DNA of 64,000 nucleotides from an uncultured delta proteobacterium (GTDB lineage Bacteria; Desulfobacterota; BSN033; UBA1163): NCBI GenBank assembly GCA_963827685.1, contig CAWHBU010000003.1, positions 192,001 to 256,000 of the forward strand, read 5' to 3'. Shown piece by piece: positions 50,901 to 59,121 of this stretch (position 1 is its first letter; each line of letters starts with the position of its first letter). The notes under the pieces were generated by a model. It saw only the letters and a program-made list of their open reading frames with translations, ran no database searches and was not told where the DNA came from. The position numbers and the translations under genes were made by a program.

Positions 50901-51077
50901 TTATAATCCCAAGCTTATAATAATAACAGCAACTACTATTGCAGCAACAATTAAGAAAAAAAGTGCGCAACCGCTCATTCCTTGGGCTGTTTTCTTTAAT
51001 GGGTGTCCGCATTTCGGACACGAGGCTGCTTCGTTTGATACTACAGTTCCGCATGCAGGGCAATTAATCAGCGCCAT
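50901..51077 (-). CDS. Cassette 8 ORF1: 58-aa zinc-ribbon + TM protein
   Basis: MALINCPACGTVVSNEAASCPKCGHP then TM; GAAGGAGGAG RBS; absent from the ORF track. Confidence 0.8.
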   Translation of the reverse strand: MALINCPACGTVVSNEAASCPKCGHPLKKTAQGMSGCALFFLIVAAIVVAVIIISLGL

Positions 51078-51136
51078 TGCTCCTCCTTCACATACACTTC
51101 GTAAACAAGTTAGAGAGTTAGCATATTTTCAAAAAT

Positions 51137-51224
51137 ATATAACGCTGTGCATCAGCCGACGCCGCCACTGAGACACGCTACAGGTGCCACGCTATTCGAC
51201 GTCGGCTGGATGCTGTTGTTGGCA
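51137..51224 (-). other. attC site (cassette 7)
   Basis: R'' TGCCAAC ... R' GTTATAT; GCATC-AGCCGACG / CGTCGGCTGGATGC stem. Confidence 0.88.
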
Positions 51225-51260
51225 ATGTATTTTCTTTATCATCATTTTTCCTGATTAAAC

Positions 51261-51806
51261 CTACCAATTATGAAAGCGCTTGGACATAAATGTGCAGACT
51301 AAAAGACTGCACGAAAGATTTTCACCAAGAGTTATGTCGATTAGATCACAGTTCTCTTTTTTGCTCAAATTGAGATTTGTCTTCTCATTTATTCTGTCTA
51401 AATAAAACTCCCAACGGGGATCACCGACGGGAATAGGAAAAAGTACAAATGCAACTATACCATTTTGTGAGTTTAACTTCTTGGCGTCATCGATAACCGA
51501 CTGAATATTTTTTGTAATTGGGCGACAATTTGTATTTATGCCCTGAATTCTCCAGTTTGTATTTGGCGTTTTTAACTCTATACTGTAAGGTTCGCCATTG
51601 TGGAAAAATGTTATATCAGTCCTGTCGCGGCGATGGTGGACCTTAGATTCAACTTCCACGTTCTTCATTTCCCTTTGTTCTAAATAGTGTGCGAGTTCAA
51701 ATTTCAACCATCCCTCGAACTTGGCCTTTTGCCTCAAGGGTATGCGTAACAGCGCCGCATTATTTTTTATAATATCGACTATTCCAGTGCGAATGAGCTT
51801 GTCCAT
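51261..51806 (-). CDS. Cassette 7: putative PD-(D/E)XK-fold nuclease
   Basis: FEGWLKFEL...VE...TDI...IELK. Confidence 0.65.
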   Translation of the reverse strand: MDKLIRTGIVDIIKNNAALLRIPLRQKAKFEGWLKFELAHYLEQREMKNVEVESKVHHRRDRTDITFFHNGEPYSIELKTPNTNWRIQGINTNCRPITKNIQSVIDDAKKLNSQNGIVAFVLFPIPVGDPRWEFYLDRINEKTNLNLSKKENCDLIDITLGENLSCSLLVCTFMSKRFHNW

Positions 51807-51846
51807 GTAAGACCACGAATTATCATTTTCAGTTCATCAATATGCT

Positions 51847-51936
51847 TGCCAACGAATTGCATAACCTGCGCGGGCAATCAGTTATTCCCAAAACCTGACG
51901 CGACTAATCCGCGTCAGGTTCATGCAGTTGTTGGGC
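51847..51936 (-). other. attC site (cassette 6)
   Basis: R'' GCCCAAC ... R' GTTGGCA; TGCAT-AACCTG-CGCGG / CCGCGTCAGGTTCATGCA stem with extrahelical bases. Confidence 0.88.
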
Positions 51937-51937
51937 C

Positions 51938-52573
51938 TCAGCTAAACAATTTGGCTATTTCTGTTGATGCTGTGCTTAATACTACACCCAAAAGAAGCCA
52001 TACCAACCCCATGACGGAAATGCTCAGTCCGCCCGTCTGAGAGAGTTCTATCTTCCTCTTCGTCTCATCGTCCTCCTTTTCCCGCAAGACTCGCTCTTCA
52101 TGCAATTCTGATGTAATTTTTCGAGCTTCATCATCTAGCCGTTTGTCTACCTGAACTAATCTTTGATCCAGAGCCAAAAGATTTTCCTCCACTACTGCCA
52201 GCCTTTTCTCAATCGGTGCCTCCGGGCCAGCACCTTGCCAAAGGTGCGCACGTCCAGTTAACTGAATCGTTGGGAGACTAATGTTGCCCTCAAAGGATAC
52301 TGGCCTAGGCTTATATTTTGGAAACCGCTTAAGCCACTCCACTAAGTGTTCAAAGAAACCTGCACGTCCGAATAGCTTCCTTGTTTGTCTCAGACCCCAC
52401 ACCACTGTACTAATGCCACAAAGCTGCAGAACCAGGCCGGTGATTCTAATTTTCTGCTCAGTCACTCCTCCGAAAAGAGCCAAAGCCATAGACGCAACAA
52501 CCACAAATGTACACAGCCAAAACAGCCTGGGTTCTCTAATCCAACGCAAGACCGCTCTAACCCACCGAATCAA
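51938..52573 (-). CDS. Cassette 6: 3-TM protein with coiled-coil region
   Basis: Two N-terminal TMs, charged helical segment, C-terminal TM; TTG start. Confidence 0.7.
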   Translation of the reverse strand: MIRWVRAVLRWIREPRLFWLCTFVVVASMALALFGGVTEQKIRITGLVLQLCGISTVVWGLRQTRKLFGRAGFFEHLVEWLKRFPKYKPRPVSFEGNISLPTIQLTGRAHLWQGAGPEAPIEKRLAVVEENLLALDQRLVQVDKRLDDEARKITSELHEERVLREKEDDETKRKIELSQTGGLSISVMGLVWLLLGVVLSTASTEIAKLFS

Positions 52574-52599
52574 GCTCTTCTCCTATCAAAATTTTATAC

Positions 52600-52662
52600 G
52601 CCCAACGTGCGGCTCACCGAGAGCCGGGTTTATCGGCGATCCGGTGCAGCCGCTGGTTGGCA
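52600..52662 (-). other. attC site (cassette 5)
   Basis: R'' TGCCAAC ... R' GTTGGGC; GCGGCT-CACCG / CGGTGCAGCCGC stem. Confidence 0.88.
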
Positions 52663-52675
52663 TGTCATCAGTTCT

Positions 52676-52927
52676 TTACATGAGATCCAATTTATCGCCA
52701 ATGAATTGTTCAGCCATTTTAACCGACATCTCACGCGCGACTTTCTCAACATCATCAAGATTAATATTGGTGGTTTTTTTTAAGTCCAGCAGCTCCCACC
52801 TTGGGAAGTCCACAGTAACTTCAGATAATATCTGTCCATTACTCGATTCTCTAACTGTTACTTTGAATTGCTTACCTATGCCATCATCATGTTGTATCCA
52901 TTCGCTGGTAATCTTGACTTTAACCAT
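52676..52927 (-). CDS. Cassette 5: 83-aa hypothetical protein
   Basis: AAGGAG RBS then MVKVKITSEW... Confidence 0.7.
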   Translation of the reverse strand: MVKVKITSEWIQHDDGIGKQFKVTVRESSNGQILSEVTVDFPRWELLDLKKTTNINLDDVEKVAREMSVKMAEQFIGDKLDLM

Positions 52928-52957
52928 TCTTCTCTCCTTAAACTGAATCTTATTGAG

Positions 52958-53084
52958 CGCTAACGTGGGCGTGAACGGCGAGAGGTTTGGCTGCACTTAA
53001 CCTGCTACTAAAATAAGACCTTGAGAGAGCATAAAACTGGCCAAAAAGCGAGAGCTCTCTCGTTCGCTCCACGCAGAGTTAGCT
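52958..53084 (-). other. attC site (cassette 4), long type
   Basis: R'' AGCTAAC ... R' GTTAGCG; GCGTG-AACG / CGTTCGCTCCACGC stem. Confidence 0.8.
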
Positions 53085-53091
53085 GTTTTTT

Positions 53092-54096
53092 TCATGAACT
53101 TATGGCTTTTAGCCACCATTTTTCTATGGATTCTTGAATGGAGTTTTGATTGATTGCCCCAATTAGTTCCTTTCCTGTTATGGGTACAATCAGAATATCG
53201 CCTTGTGAAGTTCTTAAGTCTTCCTTTACAAAGGTTTCCTTAAATCCATTCCAAGAAACAAAAAATCCAATCTTAGCTCTACTTCTTCGGTTTACAATCT
53301 TCTCTTTAAATAGGACTAATTCATTTTTGCCGCATTTTGAAGACCAATTCTTGCATTCAACTAGAATCAATGGTGACTCTTTTTGCCAGAAAACTTCTTT
53401 CGACTTATTTAGAATTACTAAATCTATTTCCTCTGTTTCAGTCTTAAGTCTCTCAATAATTTCAAACCCATCAATATTAGCGAAGAACTTAAATAAAAGT
53501 TCTTCCAGCAACCTTCCTTTAGTATTAGAGTCATCTTCAGCCTGAACTTTATTAATAAGTTCTGGAATCTCAATGAGTTTAAACTTGGAATATTCCCCAA
53601 CAATCTTTGATATTAATTTGCCTGTTTGCTCCTGAGCTTCATTAACAATCTTATCTACCCAATTTGATACAGACAATCCATATTGGTAAACATCATATAG
53701 AGTAGAAACCTCATCAGGAATGATTGTGTAGTAAAGATGACACCAATCTCCTTCATCTGAAAACTCAATATCTTCAATGTCTTTGTGTTCTTTCTGCCTG
53801 AATTCAACTAATCTTTTCATTAAATCCATATGGAATGGCATGCCCAATGGGGCTGTCCACCATTTTCGATACCAATTATGGGACATATAGATGCAAATTC
53901 TACCGTCTTTCCACCCGATAGTACCCTCGAGGTCGACATAATGGATATTGTCCTCTCCAAGCTTAGAAACTTCAATGGTGACGTTTTTAGAAACTTCAGA
54001 TATGTTTATTTTGGGTGTATCTTCTGGTTCCAAATGAACTGGTTCTTCCGAATCTACACTATCGCTGATAATCTCCAATAACTTTTCCTTTTCCAT
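53092..54096 (-). CDS. Cassette 4: restriction endonuclease with C-terminal Mrr-like catalytic domain
   Basis: KGRLLEEL, EEIDL, LVECKNW, GFFVSWNGF. Confidence 0.8.
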   Translation of the reverse strand: MEKEKLLEIISDSVDSEEPVHLEPEDTPKINISEVSKNVTIEVSKLGEDNIHYVDLEGTIGWKDGRICIYMSHNWYRKWWTAPLGMPFHMDLMKRLVEFRQKEHKDIEDIEFSDEGDWCHLYYTIIPDEVSTLYDVYQYGLSVSNWVDKIVNEAQEQTGKLISKIVGEYSKFKLIEIPELINKVQAEDDSNTKGRLLEELLFKFFANIDGFEIIERLKTETEEIDLVILNKSKEVFWQKESPLILVECKNWSSKCGKNELVLFKEKIVNRRSRAKIGFFVSWNGFKETFVKEDLRTSQGDILIVPITGKELIGAINQNSIQESIEKWWLKAISS

Positions 54097-54143
54097 AAAA
54101 AGTCAGTGTATTAAATCGAACATTTTGACAAGCAAATCTACAC

Positions 54144-54508
54144 AGCTAACGAGCCTGTAGAAAAAGTCACTTTTTTAAAAAACGCTTCTTCTGCCGGATC
54201 AACAATAGGAAATTACTTTCTGTCATCAAAAGTTTTTCCGATCCTTGGTGCAATGTTAGTCTTTTCATGATATTTCTCTTACCACAAAACCCTATCACAC
54301 CATCCGGCTCCTTCACGCAAACTCCAGACCGTATCGATCGGAATAATCATAGTCCTTATATCTCGCCATCCAGTCCCTCCTAAGCGGCCCCGCTCTCTTT
54401 TCCGTTACTGATATGGCGATATTATCATGCTTCCAGGACTTTTTCTACAGCCTCAACGCCTGAAATCAGCGGTGGCTATCAGCCATTCGCTGCAATGACG
54501 TGTCAGCC
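54144..54508 (-). other. attC site (cassette 3), interrupted by the MITE
   Basis: Removing the MITE and one AAC restores AGCTAACGCCTGAAATCAGCG...CGCTGCAATGACGTGTCAGCC. Confidence 0.75.
54151..54454. mobile_element. 304-bp MITE inserted in the attC of cassette 3
   Basis: 18-bp terminal IRs GAGCCTGTAGAAAAAGTC / GACTTTTTCTACAGCCTC (17/18); AAC on both flanks; no ORF in the track. Confidence 0.85.
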
Positions 54509-55102
54509 ACGTTTTGCAGGCGGATCACAATACTCACTAAGACAGTCGCCAATCAAATCGGCAAGTGGTGTTTGTGCCATTACCCCAAATAGGTCTTCCC
54601 AGGTAATGATGCTTGAACCCTGCTTCGCCAGGACAGGCCAATCCTTCTTCTTTTCGTGACCATGCGACAGAAGATAGTATAGATTGCAGTCCCATGAACT
54701 ACTATGCAAATATTGATATAGGTGGTGATACAACGAAATATTTCTTACGACCGATTCGGATAATGTTTTCACCTCTATCAAAACCACTTTCTTATTCTTC
54801 TTGTCTATGTGCAGAATGTCAGGCTTAATATATGCAAATCGTTTGTCGAAATCCTGAATGCCAAAATTCTCACCCGTCAAACCGTTTTCGCACACAGTAT
54901 TAAGGTATGTAAAACCAGAGACCAAGAATTCGCCTTTAGCGGTGAGGTATCCATCATCATCTGATTCATACACTGGCAACCTGATTCCCGGCATGTTCGC
55001 CGAGATGTATATCAACGACATTTGAGCAACAGCAGCCCATCTTGACTCTGAATTCTTCATTAATCGGGATGGTTTCTCGAAAAGATATGTCGCGTTACTC
55101 AT
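54503..55102 (-). CDS. Cassette 3: putative PD-(D/E)XK nuclease
   Basis: SESRW...KPDILH...LIEVK...ITWEDL. Confidence 0.7.
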   Translation of the reverse strand: MSNATYLFEKPSRLMKNSESRWAAVAQMSLIYISANMPGIRLPVYESDDDGYLTAKGEFLVSGFTYLNTVCENGLTGENFGIQDFDKRFAYIKPDILHIDKKNKKVVLIEVKTLSESVVRNISLYHHLYQYLHSSSWDCNLYYLLSHGHEKKKDWPVLAKQGSSIITWEDLFGVMAQTPLADLIGDCLSEYCDPPAKRG

Positions 55103-55117
55103 GTGCGTCTCCGGTAT

Positions 55118-55183
55118 GGCTAACGTGATGGTCACCAGCGTGGCGCGCCGTTTTGCCACGTCCGATTCACCTACCCGTTAGGC
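55118..55183 (-). other. attC site (cassette 2)
   Basis: R'' GCCTAAC ... R' GTTAGCC; CGTGGC / GCCACG stem. Confidence 0.75.
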
Positions 55184-55186
55184 AAT

Positions 55187-56045
55187 TCACCAGGTCCAGC
55201 GTTGAGATGCCAAGAAAGCATCAATCCCGCCTGACCCCACGACAGCTATCGTGCGTGCGTATTCGACCTCTAGGAGATCCCCAAGAGCGGCCCTTGAGAA
55301 GGGCTCATCCTTTGGCACTTGCCGATCTATTGCATGCTGTAGGCCGGGTGAAACGTGGTATTGAAGCCATAACCACGGTTTTTCGACAACATCGGCAGAA
55401 CCGAGCGCCACGTGTCCGGTAGTGACGTCCGATGCAATGTCTATGTCCGTCGCCCATATTTTGGCGGTCGTGAATATCACAGGGATGAAACTTATGGGGA
55501 AGTTCTCGGCCATGTAGCGTTGGTTTTTCGAGAAACACTCGATAAGCCCATTTACGCCTCGAATGACTTGAGTCGCGGCTTCTTCGATCGTCCCGCGACC
55601 AGTGCCACTAGCGTCGCCCTTGGCAGCGCCCTTCACTTCGACTGCTACGTGGTAAATCATTTCAGACCCGTCGAGACGGCTGAGGGACGCGGTCAAAGCA
55701 TTCCCCTCTCTCCGTACAGATTCAACCAGAATGTCTTTCGGTACACCACCTCTACGCACGTAAGGTGGCTTGAGCGAACAACCAGTCGCTAAGCGATGGA
55801 TTTGCCCGCTTGCATTCGGCCACAAGGTATCGGAAAGACCCCTTGGCGACTTCGCTCCATTGACTCAGGACAAAGTCGATTCGCGTGTGGTAGCTCTGCA
55901 ACTCGACAGGGAACTCGGACGCCTCGAACACCCACGGTGAACGCCTCTCATCGTTCAGTTGGTGGGCGCGTCGAATCACTGCGTACTGGAACGGATGGCC
56001 CTGTCGGTTGAGGGCTGCTTCGAAAATCGTCTTCTGGTCGGTCAT
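55187..56045 (-). pseudogene. Cassette 2: putative PD-(D/E)XK nuclease, +1 frameshift near 55773
   Basis: GHPFQ...EFPV...RIDF...VAECKR...W then FIPVIFTTA in the next frame. Confidence 0.65.
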
Positions 56046-56057
56046 TTCTCCTCGCAT

Positions 56058-56082
56058 GCCTAACGAGCCTCTAGGAAAAGTC
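56058..56082 (-). other. attC remnant (R' only) abutting an orphan MITE terminal repeat
   Basis: GCCTAAC followed by GAGCCTCTAGGAAAAGTC (16/18 to the MITE IR). Confidence 0.75.
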
Positions 56083-56088
56083 TATAGA

Positions 56089-56941
56089 TCACTTTAATTT
56101 GAATATTGATTTCGTAAAATCATTTGGATTCAAACGGCTTTTTTCAAAATAGTCTTTTAGCTTTTGAAAGGCTTCTTTATCAGATTCCTGCCAAGACAAA
56201 CCCATTACTGTTGCCGACTTTACAAATGCTTCTTTTGCTTTATCGAAACAGACGCCCCCAAAAAAGTAAGGTTGATACCATTGCCTAGAAGATGTGTCTA
56301 GACTTTCATTTGTAATCCAAGTCTGGTATCCAAAAGACACTGGAATACCAGCAATTCTATATGCATAGTTTTGGTGTTCGAATGAAACCCATTCGTCAAG
56401 TATCTTAAATATTTTCTCTCTAAATATTTCATCTGATAGTTGCATCGTATCAAGTTTTATTATAGGTTTACCCAAGTGAATAACAGTTTCATGCTCTGTT
56501 TCCTCTGGTTGTTTCAATTCGGTATTAAGGCCATCTTCAGGAAGGAAGAGTAAATTGTTATTCACAAACCCTTTTGTTTCCCATTGAAGTATAAAAGTCA
56601 ACGTCCAAGAACAATACAATTTAAGAGATGCTTTCTCTCGGTTAACTCGAGGCAAAAAATAAAGGGATATTCAGGTTTTTTAACCAATTCAGTAAATGCT
56701 CCCCATTATAACGAAATGCTTCTTCACCCGATTTGACTTGTATGCCAAATACTTTTTTTACGTAACCAACAGAGCCTTTGACTTCCATCAATGAACAAAT
56801 CAAATCCACGCCATAGTCATTTTCTGTGGTTGCTCTTATACATGGGCCAAATTCAGAGAGAATATACTGGGCGAGGTATTCAGCACGGATTCCTTGCTTT
56901 CGATTAACAGCAACCTTTCCACCTGATTCTTTTCCTGCCAT
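56089..56941 (-). pseudogene. Cassette 1: DUF4365-like PD-(D/E)XK protein, +1 frameshift near 56650
   Basis: GIRAE...ENDYGVD...IQVKS; AGGAGG RBS. Confidence 0.7.
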
Positions 56942-56984
56942 AATCATCCTCCTGTTTATGGGATCACTTACTTTAAATGTTTTG

Positions 56985-57025
56985 GCCTAACTTATTTTTT
57001 AAGCTTATTCTATATATGTTCTCAT
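56985..57025 (-). other. Putative attI site
   Basis: Minus strand ...AAAAAAATAAGTTAGGC at the head of cassette 1; AT-rich and not part of an attC palindrome. Confidence 0.6.
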
Positions 57026-57053
57026 ATTATAGTCAGTAAGGAGGGCTTGTCAA
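57026..57053 (-). promoter_or_regulatory. Sigma70 promoter facing the cassette array (Pc-like)
   Basis: Minus strand TTGACA-N16-TATAAT, both hexamers consensus. Confidence 0.8.
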
Positions 57054-57213
57054 CGGATAATTCCAGATTTGATGTGTGAAAACCGCCTCGATCATCGGTA
57101 TAATAAGTCGTAGCTTATTATTATGCCGAATTGATATAAAATCCATAACTGTCATGTTCCATGACTGTGAATCATTCCTTTCTTTACTTTAAAAACTATT
57201 TTATTATTAATGC

Positions 57214-57837
57214 ATGTGGACAAGAAGAAAACTCATAAAAAATTGGTTTTGGGCTTCTCTATCAAGCCTCGTTCTTCACCCCCTCTCAATCTCCTGGGCC
57301 AAGGCCAAGCAGCTCCTCCCAAAGGGGTTCCCAAAGAACCAACTTTTAAACATGAACCCGGAAGACATTGACAATCGAAATCTCGAAGTCGATCCCCTCA
57401 ATCAATTCGGAACGATGGGACCAACGGATGTGGCGATCGACTCAAAAACTTATCGACTCAAGGTCACGGGGAAGGTGGGGCACCCTCTTTCACTCAGTTA
57501 TGATCAAATTCTCAAGTATCCCTCATTGACGGAAACGGTTCTCCTCATCTGTCCCGGTTTCTTTTCCAATAATGGTCGTTGGACAGGAGTAAGTTTTAAG
57601 AGCTTACTTCATGAAGCACAGATTAAAAAAGAGGCTCAATATATCGACATCGTTGGGGCCCAGGAAAAGCGAGTTAGAATACCGTTGAAAACATTAGATC
57701 AAAAAAAGGTTTTTTTGGCCTATCGCGTCAACGGAGAAACACTTCCTCAAAAACACGGTTTTCCCCTGCGATTGGTCTATGAAGATGCCTACGGGTACGA
57801 TTGGGTAAAATTTGTCGAGGAAATCGTGGTCTCATAG
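57214..57837 (+). CDS. Molybdopterin-dependent oxidoreductase (sulfite oxidase/MsrP-like domain), Tat-like signal
   Basis: TRRKLIK, LICPG, WTGV, NGETLPQKHGFPLRL, WVK. Confidence 0.85.
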   Translation: MWTRRKLIKNWFWASLSSLVLHPLSISWAKAKQLLPKGFPKNQLLNMNPEDIDNRNLEVDPLNQFGTMGPTDVAIDSKTYRLKVTGKVGHPLSLSYDQILKYPSLTETVLLICPGFFSNNGRWTGVSFKSLLHEAQIKKEAQYIDIVGAQEKRVRIPLKTLDQKKVFLAYRVNGETLPQKHGFPLRLVYEDAYGYDWVKFVEEIVVS

Positions 57838-57892
57838 ATCACTTGTAAGCAAGCGATCGACGAGAGGCAGGGCGAGATGATTTAAGAGTCTT

Positions 57893-57999
57893 GTCATTCC
57901 CGCCCCGTATCCAGTACGGGGTAAATTTCGACGGCAATCCAGTGGAGATTTTAGGTCACAAAACAGGAATTCCTGGATTCCTGCTTTCGCAGGAATGAC
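57893..57999. repeat. GTCATTCCCG-type REP pair; left copy carries an inserted hairpin (57902-57925)
   Basis: gtcattccc[gccccgtatccagtacggggtaaa]...aatccag and ctggattcctgctttcgcaggaatgac. Confidence 0.75.
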
Positions 58000-58050
58000 A
58001 GAAAAAAGATAACCCTTAAATATCAGATGTGTTTGATTGGAATTTATGAT

Positions 58051-59067
58051 TTATTTGGGGTTTGAAATTTGGGATTTGGTTGTTTCCTTTTCCCGGGCGG
58101 TTCCGTTCTTAGCCAGAAATTCCAGAATGAGGGTGGCTACTTCTTTGGGTTTCTGTAACTCCAAATCGTGTATTCCGTCGTTAAACCGCACAATTTTGAC
58201 ATTTTGAAGGTGCGCTCTCAAAAACTCTGCATTCGTCTCAGCCATGCCATGGTAGTAGGAATTCTTCCCGTAAAGATAAAGCACAGGAGTCCGGATAGTC
58301 TTGGCCTGATCCGTGAAATCTCTCGACGTCTCGAGGGTTCGAGAGATGAGATGCCACGAAACGCGCGAAGCCGTTTTGTTATTCTGGGCCATGATCTCGA
58401 TAATTTCCTTTCTCTCAGTCTCACTCATCTCTTCCCATGCCTTCCCCATCACCGATTTCGCAACGAGCCTGTTAGCAATTCCAGCTCGAATCACCCCGAT
58501 AGAAAGCTCTCCAAGCACAGGCCATCCTAAAAGGCCCTTCATGGGCTTATAAGGAACACTCTGATGTTTAATGCCATTTCCCTCAATCGAAATGATCATG
58601 TCCACTTTTTCCGGATACCGGGCGGCAAGGTTTAAGGCAATGGCGCCCCCATAGGATACACCCAAAATGTGGACTTTCTGGATCTGTAATGCTTCGATCA
58701 TCTTTACAATCAAGTCGGCCTGCTCCTCTATTGTGTAGCCGAACCCAGACCTGGGTTTATCAGAATCCCCTACACCGAGGTAATCCAGACAGAGCAGTTT
58801 ATAACGCTCTGAAAGGTACGGAATAACCCTATTCCAGTGCCGATAAGTGCTGAAGGCCCCGGGGATGAGGAGGATGGGTTGCCCCTCTCCTGCCTCGACA
58901 TAGTGAAGATTATACCCTTGAACGGCTATAAACTTATCCATGCCGTATCTGGGTTTTCGATAAATTTGGTGTTTGTCATTTTTCACCATGTAGCTGCAGC
59001 CGATGTTGAAAAGCAAACAGGGAATCAGTAAAATCACGAAAAGTATTTTCTTCAACTTCTCATCCAT
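58051..59067 (-). CDS. Alpha/beta hydrolase, possible lipoprotein
   Basis: DYLGVGDS, GVSYGG nucleophile elbow, C-terminal His; IGC lipobox-like. Confidence 0.88.
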   Translation of the reverse strand: MDEKLKKILFVILLIPCLLFNIGCSYMVKNDKHQIYRKPRYGMDKFIAVQGYNLHYVEAGEGQPILLIPGAFSTYRHWNRVIPYLSERYKLLCLDYLGVGDSDKPRSGFGYTIEEQADLIVKMIEALQIQKVHILGVSYGGAIALNLAARYPEKVDMIISIEGNGIKHQSVPYKPMKGLLGWPVLGELSIGVIRAGIANRLVAKSVMGKAWEEMSETERKEIIEIMAQNNKTASRVSWHLISRTLETSRDFTDQAKTIRTPVLYLYGKNSYYHGMAETNAEFLRAHLQNVKIVRFNDGIHDLELQKPKEVATLILEFLAKNGTAREKETTKSQISNPK

Positions 59068-59121
59068 GATGGGCTATTCCAATTCTATATTTTGCCATAC
59101 CCCAAGTCGATAATCGAGCCT

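Larger units (their letters stand above)
49855..57053 (-). mobile_element. Integron gene-cassette array (9 cassettes), no intI in the window
   Basis: Co-oriented unrelated ORFs separated by AAC...GTT imperfect palindromes; attI-like GTTAGGC and promoter at the upstream end. Confidence 0.88.

Noticed and set aside
50896-51063. Cys-rich N-terminal extension of the 243-aa ORF
   Set aside because: It is an alternative frame over the real 58-aa zinc-ribbon gene; the membrane protein likely starts at 50895.
49855-55183. attC palindromes as a CRISPR array or plain terminators
   Set aside because: Repeats differ in sequence and length, are separated by whole ORFs, and carry RYYYAAC/GTTRRRY-like ends; no cas genes.
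57060-57213. Integrase remnant next to attI
   Set aside because: No tyrosine-recombinase motif recognisable in any frame.
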